Assembly (NCBI GenBank): GCA_964016885.1
Contig: OZ024765.1
Span: forward strand, 21,204,001-21,268,000
Reading direction: 5' to 3'
Source: Eledone cirrhosa
Lineage: Eukaryota
Length of the DNA stretch: 64,000 nt
The translations under genes and the position numbers were made by a program. The notes under the pieces were generated by a model. The model worked only from the letters and a program-made list of their open reading frames with translations, was not told where the DNA came from and did not search any database. The stretch's first letter is position 1; each line of letters begins with the position of its first letter. Below are positions 15,499 through 29,229 of the stretch, in pieces.

Positions 15499-15810
15499 TA
15501 TATATGTGTGTGTATATAGATCTACATTATATATATATATATATATAATATTAAAGATACTATTTATAGTTATGTATATACTATACCATAAACAACTATA
15601 AACAGGAAGGTCAGTAATTTATTACTACCTTATTACCAGTATACCAGTAAGATAAATAGCTCAATGTAAGAACATCAGTTGTTTTACAGAGCAGTTATAT
15701 AGAATTCACAAGTATCAAAGTTATGTTTAAAACATTATACATAATTATATATTTATAATTTATACATCTAATTATATATACATTTATAATTAGATGTATA
15801 AATTAATAAC

Positions 15811-15995
15811 TGTTTCTACTTTTGGCACAAGGCCATCAATTACCCAGTGCATTACTGGTACTTTATTTTATCGACCCCGTAAGGATGAAAGGCAAAGTTA
15901 ACCTCGGTGGGATTTGAACTCAGACCGCAAAGGGACGTAACTATGCTGGAAAGCATGGCGTCCGACCCTCTACCGATACTGCCAAGCCACCACCC
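15811..15995 (-). mobile_element. Second copy of the same SINE, inverted, with an 18-bp TSD
   Basis: Reverse-complement match to 15309-15498; GATGTATAAATTAATAAC at 15793-15810 and 15996-16013. Confidence 0.85.
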
Positions 15996-16908
15996 GATGT
16001 ATAAATTAATAACATTGTATATAAAGGATTAATTTATTTACTCAAGAGATGTATCTAATTTATCATGCAAACAGCTATACGTTATTCCATATCTTACCAA
16101 ATATTGGGTAGACAACAATCTAATGAAACCTTTAATATATTATGAGAGAGTAGACTGTATTTAAAATTAAATATAAATATATAACTTTTTATATAAGTGA
16201 TTCAATTGAGGCATTATATAATGTCTATTAGAGCAAGGAATTTAATTATTATAATGAGCTAGTTACCTCCCCTTACACATTAGCTCCCCTTAATTCCATA
16301 TCCACTTCTGGATATTAAACCATTGAAAATTCTCGCAGTTAAATAACTCTAATCCATAAATATGGATTAAATAACACCAAGTTACAATCCATTACTATAA
16401 CAAGCATTCAATACAGATATATCTTAACATATGTAATGGATGTGAATTCTGTAACTTCATATTCTACACTCATACAAATTTGAACTATACAGAAAATATC
16501 CTCGCATTGCATCCACCATAATACACTAACATATTCGCTTAAAGTGCTTGTATTTTATGTAATACCCTGCCATACAGTACTCATATATGCATAATACATT
16601 TGCTTGTTCCATTCCTTTATATATGACTAACGCATGTACTATCTCTCTAATTTAATTATTAGACTATTCTCTTGTATTATCTGTCGCATGTATTCCGCCC
16701 TATACTTTTAATTTTAATTTTAAATTTAAATTTAAATTTAAATTTTAATCTTAATTTGAATTATTGTACAATTCTCGTATAATATAATATATGTTGCATC
16801 CATTCCACCCTGTAAACATGAAACTGTTGTCCACAACATCAATATATATGTATCTGTATGATTCTTCAGTTGAAAAGGAGGTTAATTATATGTACAAACA
16901 TTGATAAT

Positions 16909-16953
16909 GCTCCGAGGACCCCAAGCCTAAGTTTGGAAGAAACAATTGTCAGT
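16909..16953 (+). ncRNA. Hammerhead-like motif with CCGAGGA core (probably decayed)
   Basis: GCT CCGAGGA ...CCAAGC/GTTTGG... GAAAC AATT GTC AGT; homologous to 18928-18976; downstream tail has an inverted copy at ~15590-15735. Confidence 0.5.
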
Positions 16954-17859
16954 GATTAAATGTTTTAAACATAACTTTGATACTTGTGTATTCTATATAT
17001 ATATATATATATATATAAGTATTGAAGTTTCCGTTGAAAATTGAAAAAGTCATAGGAGTGAATAGTGCTCTATGTAAGTTACAGAGCTAAATTTAATGTA
17101 TAATAAACAATACAATATAATTACCTCATTACCAGAGGTTTCCCGAATAAGACGATTTGAAAAATCTCCTCAAGAAAGGCAGAAGTTTAACGGGCAAAAA
17201 AAAAAATATATATATATATATATAAATAAAAGTAATGCAAGAGATATATAAAAAATAAGGAAATATAGTAACGGTATGTGTATAAATGTGTGTATATGCA
17301 CCTACAAATGTACATATGTGTGTATGTACAAATGCATGTGTATAGTGAAAAAATGTGTGCGTAAGTACATGAGGGCAAGCATATCAGTGTATGTGTGACC
17401 ACAAATACGCATATAATATATGTTGAAAAAAGAAATTGTAAGATAATAGAGTTAGCGTACATACAGACTCAGGGACTAAGGATTGAAATATATACACATA
17501 CAAGTATAAAAGCATGCGTATAAATACACACGCGCAACCACATACATGCATGTGATATATACAGGGAAGGGAGTGTGTCAGTCAAAGCAGTGTCAGGCTG
17601 AAGGTCGATACATATATAAAATTATAAAATATGAAAATGAAAAAATGATAAAATATATGAGAATAAAAAAATGTTATCAAAGAGAAAGTAAGATGGAGGG
17701 GTTATCAATTATAAAGTAACAATAGAAAAAAATAGAAAACATACAGAGGTTCATACACACACATATATATATATGTAAAAAACATAGATATAAAAACACA
17801 CATACACACACACATATACACATACACGCGCACATACGAATGCATTCGTATACATATAC

Positions 17860-18675
17860 AAACATGTATACACACATATGCACACTTACACGCATACATA
17901 CAATATAAAAACCAGCCGTATGAATAAATGAGTACAAATTATACGCAAGTAAACATACATAAAAGCGCACTCTGCATAAGTGAAAAATATTGGATTTTAC
18001 AGAACCTTAAATCACCAAAAACCTGCCTAAATGCAAAAACAGAAATTTTCACCAGTTGCCCACACATGAAATCACACTTGCTTTCCAGCTCATATAAACT
18101 TAAATCACTTTCAGATACTTATCCTCCATAAACTCTTGTTCTTCACTTTCCTTAACTTACCTTCTTTACAGACTTCTCTTTCTGATTTACTTTTATTTTT
18201 AACTTTATTTTTACTCCACATCCACCAGTGACCCCCCCCCCCTCCCCCTGATTTTTGATTCCCTTACTTTATATCTTCACAATTTTACATATTTTACTTC
18301 CCCCTTTTCTTTCACTACCTGATATCCTGTCACTTGCGTTTTGAACTCCAGATATATTCTGTTATCCCTCAGCCGCTTTTATGTATGTTTACTTGTGTAT
18401 AATTTGTACTCATGTATTCATACGGCTGGTTTTTATATTGTATGTATGCATGTAAGTGTGCATATGTGTGTATACGTGTGTATTATTTATATAAGATTAT
18501 AGTGCGGCAAGGTGTTATATGCAATACAAGCACTTTAAGCGGGCAATCAAGAGTATTATGGGGGTTGTATTGGTAAAGTACAACCCCCATAATACTCTTG
18601 ATTGCCCGCTTAAAGTGCTTGTATTGCATATAACACCTTGCCGCACTATAATCTTATATAAATAAGACACACGTG
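17860..18675. repeat. Two adjacent inverted-repeat structures (17860-17970/18372-18480, and a palindrome ~18482-18665)
   Basis: AAAACCAGCCGTATGAATA vs TATTCATACGGCTGGTTTT; GCACTTTAAGCGGGCAATCAAGAGTATTATGGGGG and its reverse complement around ~18575. Confidence 0.8.
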
Positions 18676-18927
18676 CATGCCCCACGTGTAACTATTGCAT
18701 ACACTAACTACTTCTAACTATCCTCTTGCATTATCTTCGTAAACTGCCGATGTTGTATTTTAACTTTAATTTTGTTTTCTTTTAATATGATTTTAATTTT
18801 TGAATGTAAATTGCCATGGTAAAATATTATAATGGATGTCACCCCACTGTGCATCGATATATACATATGTTTCTGTATGTCTCTTGTGTTGGAAAGGAGG
18901 TCATGTATGTAAACAATCATTGAAAAA

Positions 18928-18976
18928 TTGCTCCGAAGACTCCAAACCTCGGTTTGGACGAAACAATTGTAAGCAA
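18928..18976 (+). ncRNA. Type I hammerhead variant with CCGAAGA core
   Basis: TTGCT CCGAAGA C TCCAAACC tc GGTTTGGA C GAAA C AATT G TA AGCAA; all three stems present. Confidence 0.65.
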
Positions 18977-19309
18977 ATAAATGGTTTGAACAGAACTTTG
19001 ATTCATGTGATTTCTATATAACTGCTCTGTAGAACAACTGATGTTACATTGAGCTATTTATCTTACTGGTAATAAGGTAGTAATAAATTACTGTCTTTCA
19101 CTGTTTAGGGTTTAACATATATATAACTATAAAAAGTTTTAGTATATACATAACCATAAATAGTATCCTTAATACTATATACATACATATATATATAGAG
19201 AGAGAGAGAGGGAGGGAGAGGGATGGTGTGTTAATTTCTAAAGAATGGAAACCAAAAAACTGTGGTGTACTTTTGTTTGAGATGACTACTTGAAGTTGAT
19301 GACGTCATC

Positions 19310-20490
19310 GGATGGTGATGAAGTGTTGGTGTTGGAGTGGTGGTGGTGGTGGTGGTGGTGGTGGTGGTGATAGTGGTGGTGGTGGTGGTGGAGGTGGTGG
19401 TGATGGTGTTGATGGTGGTGGTGATGGTGGTGGTGATGGTGGTGGTGATGATGATGGTGGTGGTGGTGATGGTGGTGGTGGAGGTGGTGGTGATGGTGTT
19501 GATGGTGGTGGTGATGGTGGTGGTGATGGTGGTGGTGATGGTGGTGATGGTGATGGTGATGGTGATGGTGGTGGTGATGGTGGTGGTGATGGTGGTGGTG
19601 GTGGTGATGGTGGTGGTGATGGTGGTGGTGGTGGTGGTGATGATGGCGGTGATGGTGATGGTAGTGGTGATGGTGATGATCATGGTGGTGGTGATAATGA
19701 TGGTGGTGGTGATGGAGGTGGTGGTGATGGTGGTGGTGTTGGAGTGGTGGTGTTGGAGTGGTGGTGGTGATGGTGGTGGTGGTGGTCGTGGTGATGGTGG
19801 TGGTGGTGGTGGTGGTGGTGGTGGTGGTGGTGGTGATGGTGGTGGTGGTGGTGATGGTGGTGGTGGTGGTGATGATGGCGGCGGTGGTGGTGGTGATGAT
19901 GGCGGTGGTGGTGTTGGAGTGGTGGTGGAGGTAGTGGTGATGATCATGGTGGTGGTGATGGTGGTGGTGATGGTGGTGGTGGTGATGGTGGTGGTGGTGA
20001 TGGTGGTGGTGGTGATGGTGGTGGTGGTGGTGGTGGTGGTGGTGGTGTTGATGGTGGAGTGGTGGTGGTGTTGATGGTGGTGGTGGTGTTGATGGTGATG
20101 GAGTGGTGGTGGTGGTGTTGATGGTAATGGAGTGGTGGTGGTGGTGGTGATGGTGATGGAGTGGTGGTGGTGGTGGTGATGGTGATGGAGTGGTGGTGGT
20201 GGTGTTGATGGTGGTGATGATGGTAGTGGTGGTGATGGTGGTGCTGGTGGTGGTGGTGTTGATGGTGATAGTGTTGATGGTGGAGTGGTGATGGTGTTGA
20301 TGGTAGTGGTGGTGATGGTGATGGTGGTGTTGATGGTGATGGTGGTAGTGGTGGTGTTGATGGTGATGGTGTTGGAGTGGTGGTGGTGGTAATAATGATA
20401 ACAATAATGGTTTCTTTAATAATAATGATGATAATGAAATCTTGTTGTTGTTGATGATGATGATGGTGGTGGTGATGGAGACACTGATGA
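19310..20490. repeat. (GGT/GAT)n trinucleotide microsatellite
   Basis: Poly-G/V/H/T/P ORFs in all frames. Confidence 0.95.
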
Positions 20491-20775
20491 TGGTGAAACA
20501 ATATATCATCTAAGTTATGCCTCCATTGTTTCAACAGAAACACGGCAGATGTTGCTAGAATTTGTTTCGGAACTATCAATTACTGCCAGCAGCATATCAC
20601 TGGTTGAGTGTATATACACATGTATATACACATTTATATACACATTTATATACACATTTATATACCAATGCTAATGTGGAAGTTGGACATTAAACAATGA
20701 TGATGATGACGATATATGTATATATAAACATATATATGTATGAATATCTATGTATATGATGATGATGATGATATA

Positions 20776-20829
<54 letters not shown>

Positions 20830-20879
20830 CACACACACATATATATGCATACATACACACACATCTCTCTATATATATA

Positions 20880-21769
20880 CAGGGTGCAGACAATATTTGT
20901 TCGCAATTTTCAACTGCTAATTTTATGTAATTTTTTTACTTCCGTTGTCACTCTTGTCTTCATAAAAACAGTGACTATATTTCCATTATTTATTTTCAGA
21001 ATAATTGATTATGAATAATTTTGAACCTCCAAATTTGTGGAAGAGACACGGAGTTCTTCTTGGAGTCCGCGCCGGGAGGACAAATAAGACCAGAAGATCA
21101 ACTCCCAGAACAACAGGTGGCTCTCTGTCTCATTCAAAGACGTGCCCAGAGTCATGCAGACAAAGTTTCCAGCGACAACATTGGTCTTAGGTGTCGTCAG
21201 CAGTCAAGGTGACGTCATGCCACCTCACTTCTTCCCTGAGAGCCTTAAGCTGATCACTGATGGCTACATCCGCGTTCTGAGCGAGGTAGTAAAGCCCTGG
21301 ATCGACCAGGTAGCTGCAGGTAGGCCGTACGTGTGGCAGCAAGACTCAGCGCCCTGCCATACCAGCCGAAAGACCCAAGCCTGGCTGTCAGAGAACTTCA
21401 TCGACCACACTTCACCTGACATCTGGCCGCCCAGCTCGCCTGACTGCAACTACCGCGACTTCTTTGTGTGGGGCGCAGTGGAACGAGACGCCAACAGATC
21501 TAGCTGCAATACAAAAGACTATCTGAAGGCCAGGATCACAAGTGCCTTTAGGGGCCTAAGTCGGGGGACAGTGACGAAGGCCTGTAGCCGGTTCCGAGGC
21601 CGCCTTGAGGCCTTCATCAAAGCCAATGGCCGGTTTATCGAGTGAGATCGAAAGAACAAGTCATGAAGACAAACTGACCCAAGTTTGATAAATATATCTT
21701 AAAAAATAAAACTACTGTCTTATTTTTTCCTGGACAGTAATCTTGCAAACAGATATCGTCCGCACCCTG
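20880..21769 (+). mobile_element. Internally deleted Tc1/mariner transposon, DD37D (maT-type)
   Basis: Imperfect TIRs CAGGGTGCAGACAATATTTGTTCGCAA / TTGCAAACAGATATCGTCCGCACCCTG in TA context; transposase C-half 21142-21645 with QQDSAPCH...WPPSSPDCNYRD, 37 residues between the last two catalytic Asp. Confidence 0.85.
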
Positions 21770-21777
21770 TATATGTA

Positions 21778-21856
<79 letters not shown>

Positions 21857-22618
21857 ATAGAAATATAAAATATACAGAAGCGAAAACCAATCCAAACCAA
21901 ACAGCTTGTTATATTATCATTTCTGGCAATATTATTACAATATAACCTTCACCAAATATGTTTCAACACAAGATTTCCTATCAAAAACCTTTGATATGAA
22001 ATCGTGGTTTAAGGGCAGCTCTAACAATATCTTCCAAGGTCTTTCTTGGTCTTCCACTCAGATTTGCTGGCATTTCTTCACCCATCGGGCGTTGTCCATA
22101 CCAACGCATTCTTCTCTCACACACCACCTCAGATTACCCTTAAAACCAGCTTCTCTCTCAGCTTATCCAACACACACACACAAATATATATATATATATA
22201 TATATATATGACTATCTTATACCATTAAGTTCACATGAAGTTATCTCACTATCTTAACACTAAATATATTTTATCTGACGAAAGCGTACTTAAATATTAG
22301 TACCCTTGTATGTATGATAAAATAAATATGGTTTTGTAATTATATTTTCCATTTATTAATACTGTTTATATTAATAATACTCCAGATAAACACTGTAGAG
22401 TGCTTCTAATCTGTTGTAAAATTAACTTTGTTGAATAATCAACAAAACAATATAACTCATTGTGTATATATATATATGTGTGTGTGTGTGCGTAACGAAG
22501 AAATTGTGGTAAGGAACCAGGTGGACCATAACGCACCAGAGTACTCAAATAGTCCAGAAATAGCCGTCGAAACGGCTTGAGCTCTGCCGTCGGGGTCATA
22601 CCTTTTCCTATATATATG

Positions 22619-22651
<33 letters not shown>

Positions 22652-22654
22652 GGA

Positions 22655-23160
22655 AAAAATTAAACGAAATTTCATTTCCCACTCTTAGTACAGCTGTTAC
22701 TTAAATATAAGTATGTACACGTACATACATATATGTATACAGACGTACAGTAGTATGTATATATATATATACATACATGCACACATATATATATGTACGT
22801 ATGGATTCACCGAACATTTATTATAATGCTCGGTGTGTTTGTAAACAAACATCCCGTATTAAGCCGTAGTGTCTAGCAACCATCGTTGCAGGAAGGTATA
22901 CATTGCTGACGATAGCTAATAAGCTTAAAACTAGTACAGCGTTCCTTTGTCAGTGTTGAACAAACGAGCAACGATGGTTGCTAGACACTACGGCTTAATA
23001 CGGGATGTTTGTTTACAAACACACCGAGCATTATAATAAATGTTCGGTGAATCCATACGTACATATATATATATGTGTGCATGTATGTATATATATGTAT
23101 GCATACTACTGTACGTATGTATACATATATGTATGTACATGTACATACTTATGTATATAT
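22655..23160 (+). mobile_element. Another 471-bp-family copy with inverted arm; HHR at 22901-22941 carries GAAA>AAAA
   Basis: CATTG CTGACGA TAGCTAATAAGCTT AAAA CTAGTA CAGCG; arms invert near 22888. Confidence 0.75.
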
Positions 23161-23335
23161 ATATTAGAAAGTGAAGTTGTTTTTTTTTGTTTTTTTTTCT
23201 ACAAAATGAAAAATAATCGTACATATATATATGTGTACATATATATATACGTACATATATATATGTGTGCATGTATGTATATATATATACATACTACTGT
23301 ACGTCTGTATATATATATGTATGTACGTATACATA

Positions 23336-23399
<64 letters not shown>

Positions 23400-23404
<5 letters not shown>

Positions 23405-24603
23405 ATAATAATAAATTTGAAGACTAAAATCCAAAGAGGGCTCGATAAGGATAAATATATATCAAATATATAAGAACCGTAGGGCAAATATTTATTAAAA
23501 TAACAGATCTATACGTGGATATTTTACATCTTGATGTGGGAGCTAAGTATATGTTTTGTTTATACCATTACTTATTTGCATAGGTAAGTATATATTACCT
23601 GTATGTTTTGTGAAGGTACGTATACTTTATCATACGTATATTTGATTGTTTATGTTATGGCGTATACATTTTTTATATTTTCTGGTACATATGGTTTGGT
23701 TATGTGTATACGGGAGTCTTGCATCTGCGTGTGTATGCATGTTCGTACGTATGTAGGGTGTGTGTATATGTGTACTTCATGTTTTGGATGACTTACGTCT
23801 CCGAACATTTGTGTATTTACATGTAGGTATGTGGGTGCACTTGTTATATACGTATTTATTTATTTATATACGTTTATTTAATTATTTATTTATTTGTATA
23901 CACGCATACACACACACACATATTTATATGTGCGTAGTTTTGTATACCTATGGTAAGTGTTTTGCGTATGCTTGTGTATGTACGTATTTGTTTGCGTGTA
24001 TGTATTTATTTATTTCTATTACTTCTGTATTGTATTTATTTACTTTATTCTTAACTCTGTAGTGGAGATTCATTCAGTCTCCTAGTTAAATTTTTAGTCT
24101 ACGACTTCTGCTATACTATTTACGTGGTTTTGTCTTTGCGTGCTATTGTTCTCCACGCTCCACATATGATGTATTATCTTCGTTTTTTTCGTTCATTGCT
24201 AGAGAACGTCTCTATGCACCACCTAAGAGAACATTAGTCTATGACCTCTTTTATACCATAAACGTGGTTCTGTCTTTGCACGTAATTGTTTTTCACCGCT
24301 CCTATTAATGACGTATTATATTCGTTTTTTCCCGTTCTTTGCCAGCGAACGTTTCCACGAACCAAAGTATCATCTTCCTGTCTTCCTCCGGTTGCAACGT
24401 TTTTTGAAATATCAACTTCTGCGTTTACAGATTGACTTTGTTAGTTTCAGAAGATCCCGTTAAGGGTGAAAGCAGTGATTCTTTGCTTAAACTTTAATCT
24501 GTTATTTTAATAAATATTTGCTCTACGGTTCTTATATATTTGATATATATTTATCTTTATCGAGGCCTCTTTGGATTTTAGTCTTGAAATTTATTATTAT
24601 TAC

Positions 24604-24604
<1 letters not shown>
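23400..24604 (+). mobile_element. 1.2-kb element bounded by ~105-bp inverted repeats, with a decayed HHR (24444-24492) just inside the right repeat
   Basis: 23400-23508 is inverted at 24497-24604; GTTT CAGAAGA T CCC gttaa GGG T GAAA GCA..TGC TT AAAC. Confidence 0.6.
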
Positions 24605-24636
<32 letters not shown>

Positions 24637-24813
24637 CTATGTATGTATGTATATATATATATGTGTGTGTGTGTCTATGTATGTATGTATATATATATCT
24701 CTATGTGTGTGAGTGTGTGATATGTATGTATATATATATATATGTGTGTGTGTGTGATATGTAGTATATATATATATACATATGTGTGTGTGTGTGGTTG
24801 TGATATGTAGTAC

Positions 24814-24844
<31 letters not shown>

Positions 24845-24897
24845 ATATGTAGTATATATATATATATATATATGTGTGTGGGTGTGATATGTAGTAC

Positions 24898-24944
<47 letters not shown>

Positions 24945-24949
24945 ATATG

Positions 24950-24994
<45 letters not shown>

Positions 24995-25220
24995 TATGTA
25001 GTACACACATGTGTGTGTGTGTGTGTGATATGTAGTATATATATATATATGTGTGTGTATGTATGTGTGTGTGATATGTAGTACACACATGTGTGTGTGT
25101 GTGTGATATGTAGTATATATATATATATGTGTGTATGTGTGTGTATGTGTGTGTGTGTATGTATGTGTGTGTGATATGTAGTACACACATGTGTGTGTGT
25201 GTGTGTGATATGTAGTACAC

Positions 25221-25254
<34 letters not shown>

Positions 25255-25585
25255 TATGTAGTATATATATATATATGTGTATGTATGTGTGTGTGTGTGT
25301 ATGTATGTGTGTGTGATATGTAGTACACACATGTGTGTGTGTGTATGTATGTGTGTGTGATATGTAGTATATATATATATGTGTATGTATGTGTGTGTGT
25401 ATGTATGTGTGTGTGATATGTAGTACACATATGTGTGTGTGTGTGTGTGATATGTAGTATATATATATATATGTGTGTGTGTATGTGTGTGTGTGTGTGT
25501 GTGTGATATGTAGTACACACATGTGTGTATGTGTATATGTGTGTGTGTGTATGTGCGTGTGTGTGTGATATGTAGTACACACATG
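24605..25585. repeat. Compound minisatellite, GTGATATGTAGTA core with (TG)n/(TA)n spacers
   Basis: The core recurs about 20 times. Confidence 0.9.
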
Positions 25586-25774
25586 TTATATTTGTTGTAT
25601 TACTACCACTGGGTGGAAGATCAACATTTAAGTAGAAATGGTAACATCTCAACAAACATTGCTGGCTTTATCTCTCTCACTCACATTCACACACACGTGT
25701 GTATATATATATATATATATACATGAGTGTGTATATATATACATATATATACTGAATATATATATATATATATA

Positions 25775-25848
25775 TACTGGGTCGTCAAATATGAAATTTG
25801 TAGAAAAAAAACCAAATTTCTACAAATTTCATAGTTGACGACCCAATA
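25775..25848. mobile_element. ~75-bp hairpin MITE; second copy at ~26981-27052
   Basis: TGGGTCGTCAAATATGAAATTTGTAGAAA ... TTTCTACAAATTTCATA.TTGACGACCCA in TA context. Confidence 0.65.
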
Positions 25849-25895
25849 TACATATATATATTCAGTATATATATGTATATATATATACACACTCA

Positions 25896-25926
<31 letters not shown>

Positions 25927-25960
25927 TCAGTATATATATGTATATATATATACACACTCA

Positions 25961-25991
<31 letters not shown>

Positions 25992-26025
25992 TCAATATAT
26001 ATATGTATATATATATACACACTCA

Positions 26026-26056
<31 letters not shown>

Positions 26057-26091
26057 TCAGTATATATATGTATATATATGTATATATATAT

Positions 26092-26687
26092 ACTCGAGAG
26101 AAGGCTACGTTGGTATGGACATGTGATGCGCATGAAAGTCGATAGCTGTATAACAAAGTGCAGGGCAATAAAGATAGACGGTAGCCACGGAATAGGCAGA
26201 CCTAGAAAAACATGGGATGAGCTGATAAACTCCGACCTCACACACTTACACCTCTCCAAGACAATGTCACTGGACCGAGACCTTTGGCGGTACTCAGTAA
26301 CAGAGAAGACCCGCCTTGCCAGTAGGCATCTCTAACAAAATACACCCCGTCCCACCACCCCCACCCCATCCACACCACCCCGTCCTATGTAAAGTTATGT
26401 TGGTGCCGCGCCATCCGGGCCGAAACAAATGAGATCGTGTAGGTGTCACGACAAAAAAACACACAGTCCACGCTGTAATGTGGCCGTGTAGGCAACACGG
26501 TAAAAACCTCCCAGACCCACACTGTAAATGTGGTTGGTGTTAGGAAGGGCATCCAACTGTAGAAAACCTGCCAGACAGTCCTATGCGAGCAAGACAATCA
26601 CTCTTGCCTCAAGTGGGACTACCCCCGTCCAAACCCATGCAAGCGTGGAACACGGACGTTAAACGTTGATGATGATGATGATGATGA
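26092..26687 (+). mobile_element. 3' fragment of the RTE LINE at 38012-40195
   Basis: [18 protein letters not shown]...ASRHL* identical at protein level; 3'UTR and (GAT)n tail. Confidence 0.9.
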
Positions 26688-26699
26688 TATACACACTCA

Positions 26700-26730
<31 letters not shown>

Positions 26731-26764
26731 TCAGTATATATATGTATATATATATACACACTCA

Positions 26765-26795
<31 letters not shown>

Positions 26796-26952
26796 TCAGT
26801 ATATATATGTATATATATATACACACTCATGTATATATATATATATATATATACATGAGTGTGTATATATATATACATATATATACTGAATATATATATA
26901 TATATTGGGTCGTCAAACATGAGTGTGTATATATATATACATATATATATAC

Positions 26953-26986
<34 letters not shown>

Positions 26987-27213
26987 GTCGTCAAATATGA
27001 AATTTGTAGAAAAAAACAAATTTCTACAAATTTCATATTTGACGACCCAATATCTCTCTCTCGTTTCTTCTCTGTCACCCAACGACTTATTTTAAAAATA
27101 AAATATCCAATACTAATATAAGTAAACAACCCCACTATCCTGGAGCTTCCAACAGTAATGGCTGCATTTTTTAAGGGTATGTCAATATTTATTTATAAAA
27201 CTGATATATATTG

Positions 27214-27278
27214 TATTTTGTCTGATGAAAGCATACCATAATTTAACGTGGTGTCCTTGAAATATATATAATAGAATA
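27214..27278 (+). ncRNA. Type I hammerhead (TATTTTAT/ATAAAATA family); homologue at 45561-45626
   Basis: TATTTTGT CTGATGA AAG..ACCA..TGGT..CTT GAAA TATATA TA ATAGAATA. Confidence 0.6.
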
Positions 27279-27324
27279 AATATGGTTTTATAAATATAGT
27301 TTCCATTTATTAATATCATTGGTA

Positions 27325-27394
<70 letters not shown>

Positions 27395-27549
27395 TATTTT
27401 GAGTATATGTTGGTTGTTTACTGACACCTCACTATGCAGATCGGAGCACACGACGAAGTATGCAGGTTGGTTGGTTTACTCCGGAGTAATGTAAAATAAT
27501 TAAGTCAAATATGTAAAATTTGGCTTCGTTTATTATAGATTATAGATAT

Positions 27550-27604
27550 ACTGCTATATATATTTCGGTGACAGCCATCATTGGCTGTGACCTCTTCAGG
27601 CAGT
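27550..27604 (-). ncRNA. Type I hammerhead (left arm)
   Basis: Reverse complement of 27820-27874. Confidence 0.8.
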
Positions 27605-27819
27605 CCGAATTGGTGTGGGAAAGACATGTACACATGTTGTTGAAGTGTGTTTTACTCCGTCAATCCATCGATATGTCCAGCTCCTGGTTGTGAGGAACTG
27701 GAATCATATGAATCCAGTTCCTCAGAGGAATAACAACCAGGAGCTTGACATATCGATGTATTGACGGAGTAAAACACACTTCAACAACATGTGTACCTGT
27801 CTTTCCCACACCAGTTCGG

Positions 27820-27874
27820 ACTGCCTGAAGAGGTCACAGCCAATGATGGCTGTCACCGAAATATATATAGCAGT
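27820..27874 (+). ncRNA. Type I hammerhead (right arm)
   Basis: ACTGC CTGAAGA GGT c ACAGCCA atga TGGCTGT c ACC GAAA TATATA TA GCAGT; canonical G-C closing pair of stem II. Confidence 0.8.
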
Positions 27875-28176
27875 ATATCTATAATCTATAATAAACGAAG
27901 CCAAATTTTACATATTTGACTTAATTATTTTACATTACTCCGGAGTAAACAAACCAACCTGCGTACTTCGTCGTGTGCTCCGATCTGCATAGTGAGGTGT
28001 CGGTAAACAACCAACATATACTCAATATATATATACATATATACCAATGATATTAATAAATGGAAACTATATTTATAAAACCATATTTATTCTATTATAT
28101 ATATTTCAAGGGTACCAGACTTTGGTACGCTACGCTTCAATTTTTTCCTGGATAGGATATAAATATCCCTTTTGCT

Positions 28177-28209
<33 letters not shown>

Positions 28210-28684
28210 CACCTCTATCTTGTTCCAAGCAACAAAATCCCAATTTATGCAAAATTTTAGCTCAACCGGACAACTGCAAGGCGACCCTCATTGACCGTGA
28301 AATTTTGAAGTTTTCGCCCAGAAAGTTATTTTTTCAGATAAACATCTTTTATCCCTTTATATAAAAACTTGTTCAGACTTATTCTTGGTATTAGAAGGAT
28401 AAGTGACAATAAATATAATGGGGAAGGTAACTTGCAAAGCTGGGGACTGAGCGCAGGTATAGGGCAAACACCTATTTCCCGCTGTGGGAGCAGCAACATT
28501 TTAACTTTCGGAAAATTACCTATTGCTAAGGGTCACCCTAATATATATCCGTATCTGGTTGATAGGTGAGAGAAATGAGTACTCGGTATTGAGTAATATA
28601 TATATATATATATCATCATCATTTTATGTCCGCTTTGAAGTGTGTATATATATATATATACACACAGACATATATATATATATG

Positions 28685-28756
<72 letters not shown>

Positions 28757-29020
28757 TCATCATTTTATGTCCGCTTTGAAGTGTGTATATATATATATAC
28801 ACACAAACATATATATATATATGATATGTATATATATATATATATATATATACTCTCCTTTACTTTCATTTAGCTGTAGTGCTTAATTACAACCCCAACA
28901 TGTACTCTCTCCTTATTCGCCATCTCCCATCTCCCTATTTTTACCCTCTATTGTATTCCAATTGTTTGTGTGACTAAGCTTGGTAGAACTTAAACTCAGC
29001 AGTGTGTTTTTGTTTATTAA

Positions 29021-29065
29021 GCTCTGATGATTCCTGCCCAACGGTATGGATGAAACATTGTCAGC
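29021..29065 (+). ncRNA. Type I hammerhead, GUC site
   Basis: GCT CTGATGA T TCC..GGA T GAAA C att G TC AGC; stem I extendable by TTTATT/AATAAA. Confidence 0.75.
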
Positions 29066-29229
29066 AAATAAAAACTGTTTGAGTATGTAAGCGTTCTTTG
29101 ATTTCTTTTACATATACATATATATATATATATATATGTGTGTGTAAAAGGTAAACAGAAATAACAACACAATCGGTACAGTATATGGAAGGGATATATT
29201 ATGTTAACACTTGATATAGCGGGATGAGG

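Larger units (their letters stand above)
27390..28030. mobile_element. ~640-bp palindromic element with an HHR in each arm
   Basis: Arms invert around ~27705; nested inside a further inverted pair 27255-27325 / 28040-28112. Confidence 0.8.

Noticed and set aside
16040-16400. Remnant of a Penelope GIY-YIG/RT ORF upstream of the 16.9k HHR
   Set aside because: No readable motif; no autonomous PLE is visible in this window.
19231-20579. Poly-His/Pro/Gly/Thr protein
   Set aside because: Open in most frames on both strands; trinucleotide microsatellite.
20550-20610. First (signal-peptide) exon of the ZP gene; also candidates at 25628 and ~41960
   Set aside because: Weak or missing donor/ATG; cannot be supported from sequence alone.
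22270-22330. Intact hammerhead
   Set aside because: Related to the 27.2k family but the GAAA is lost.
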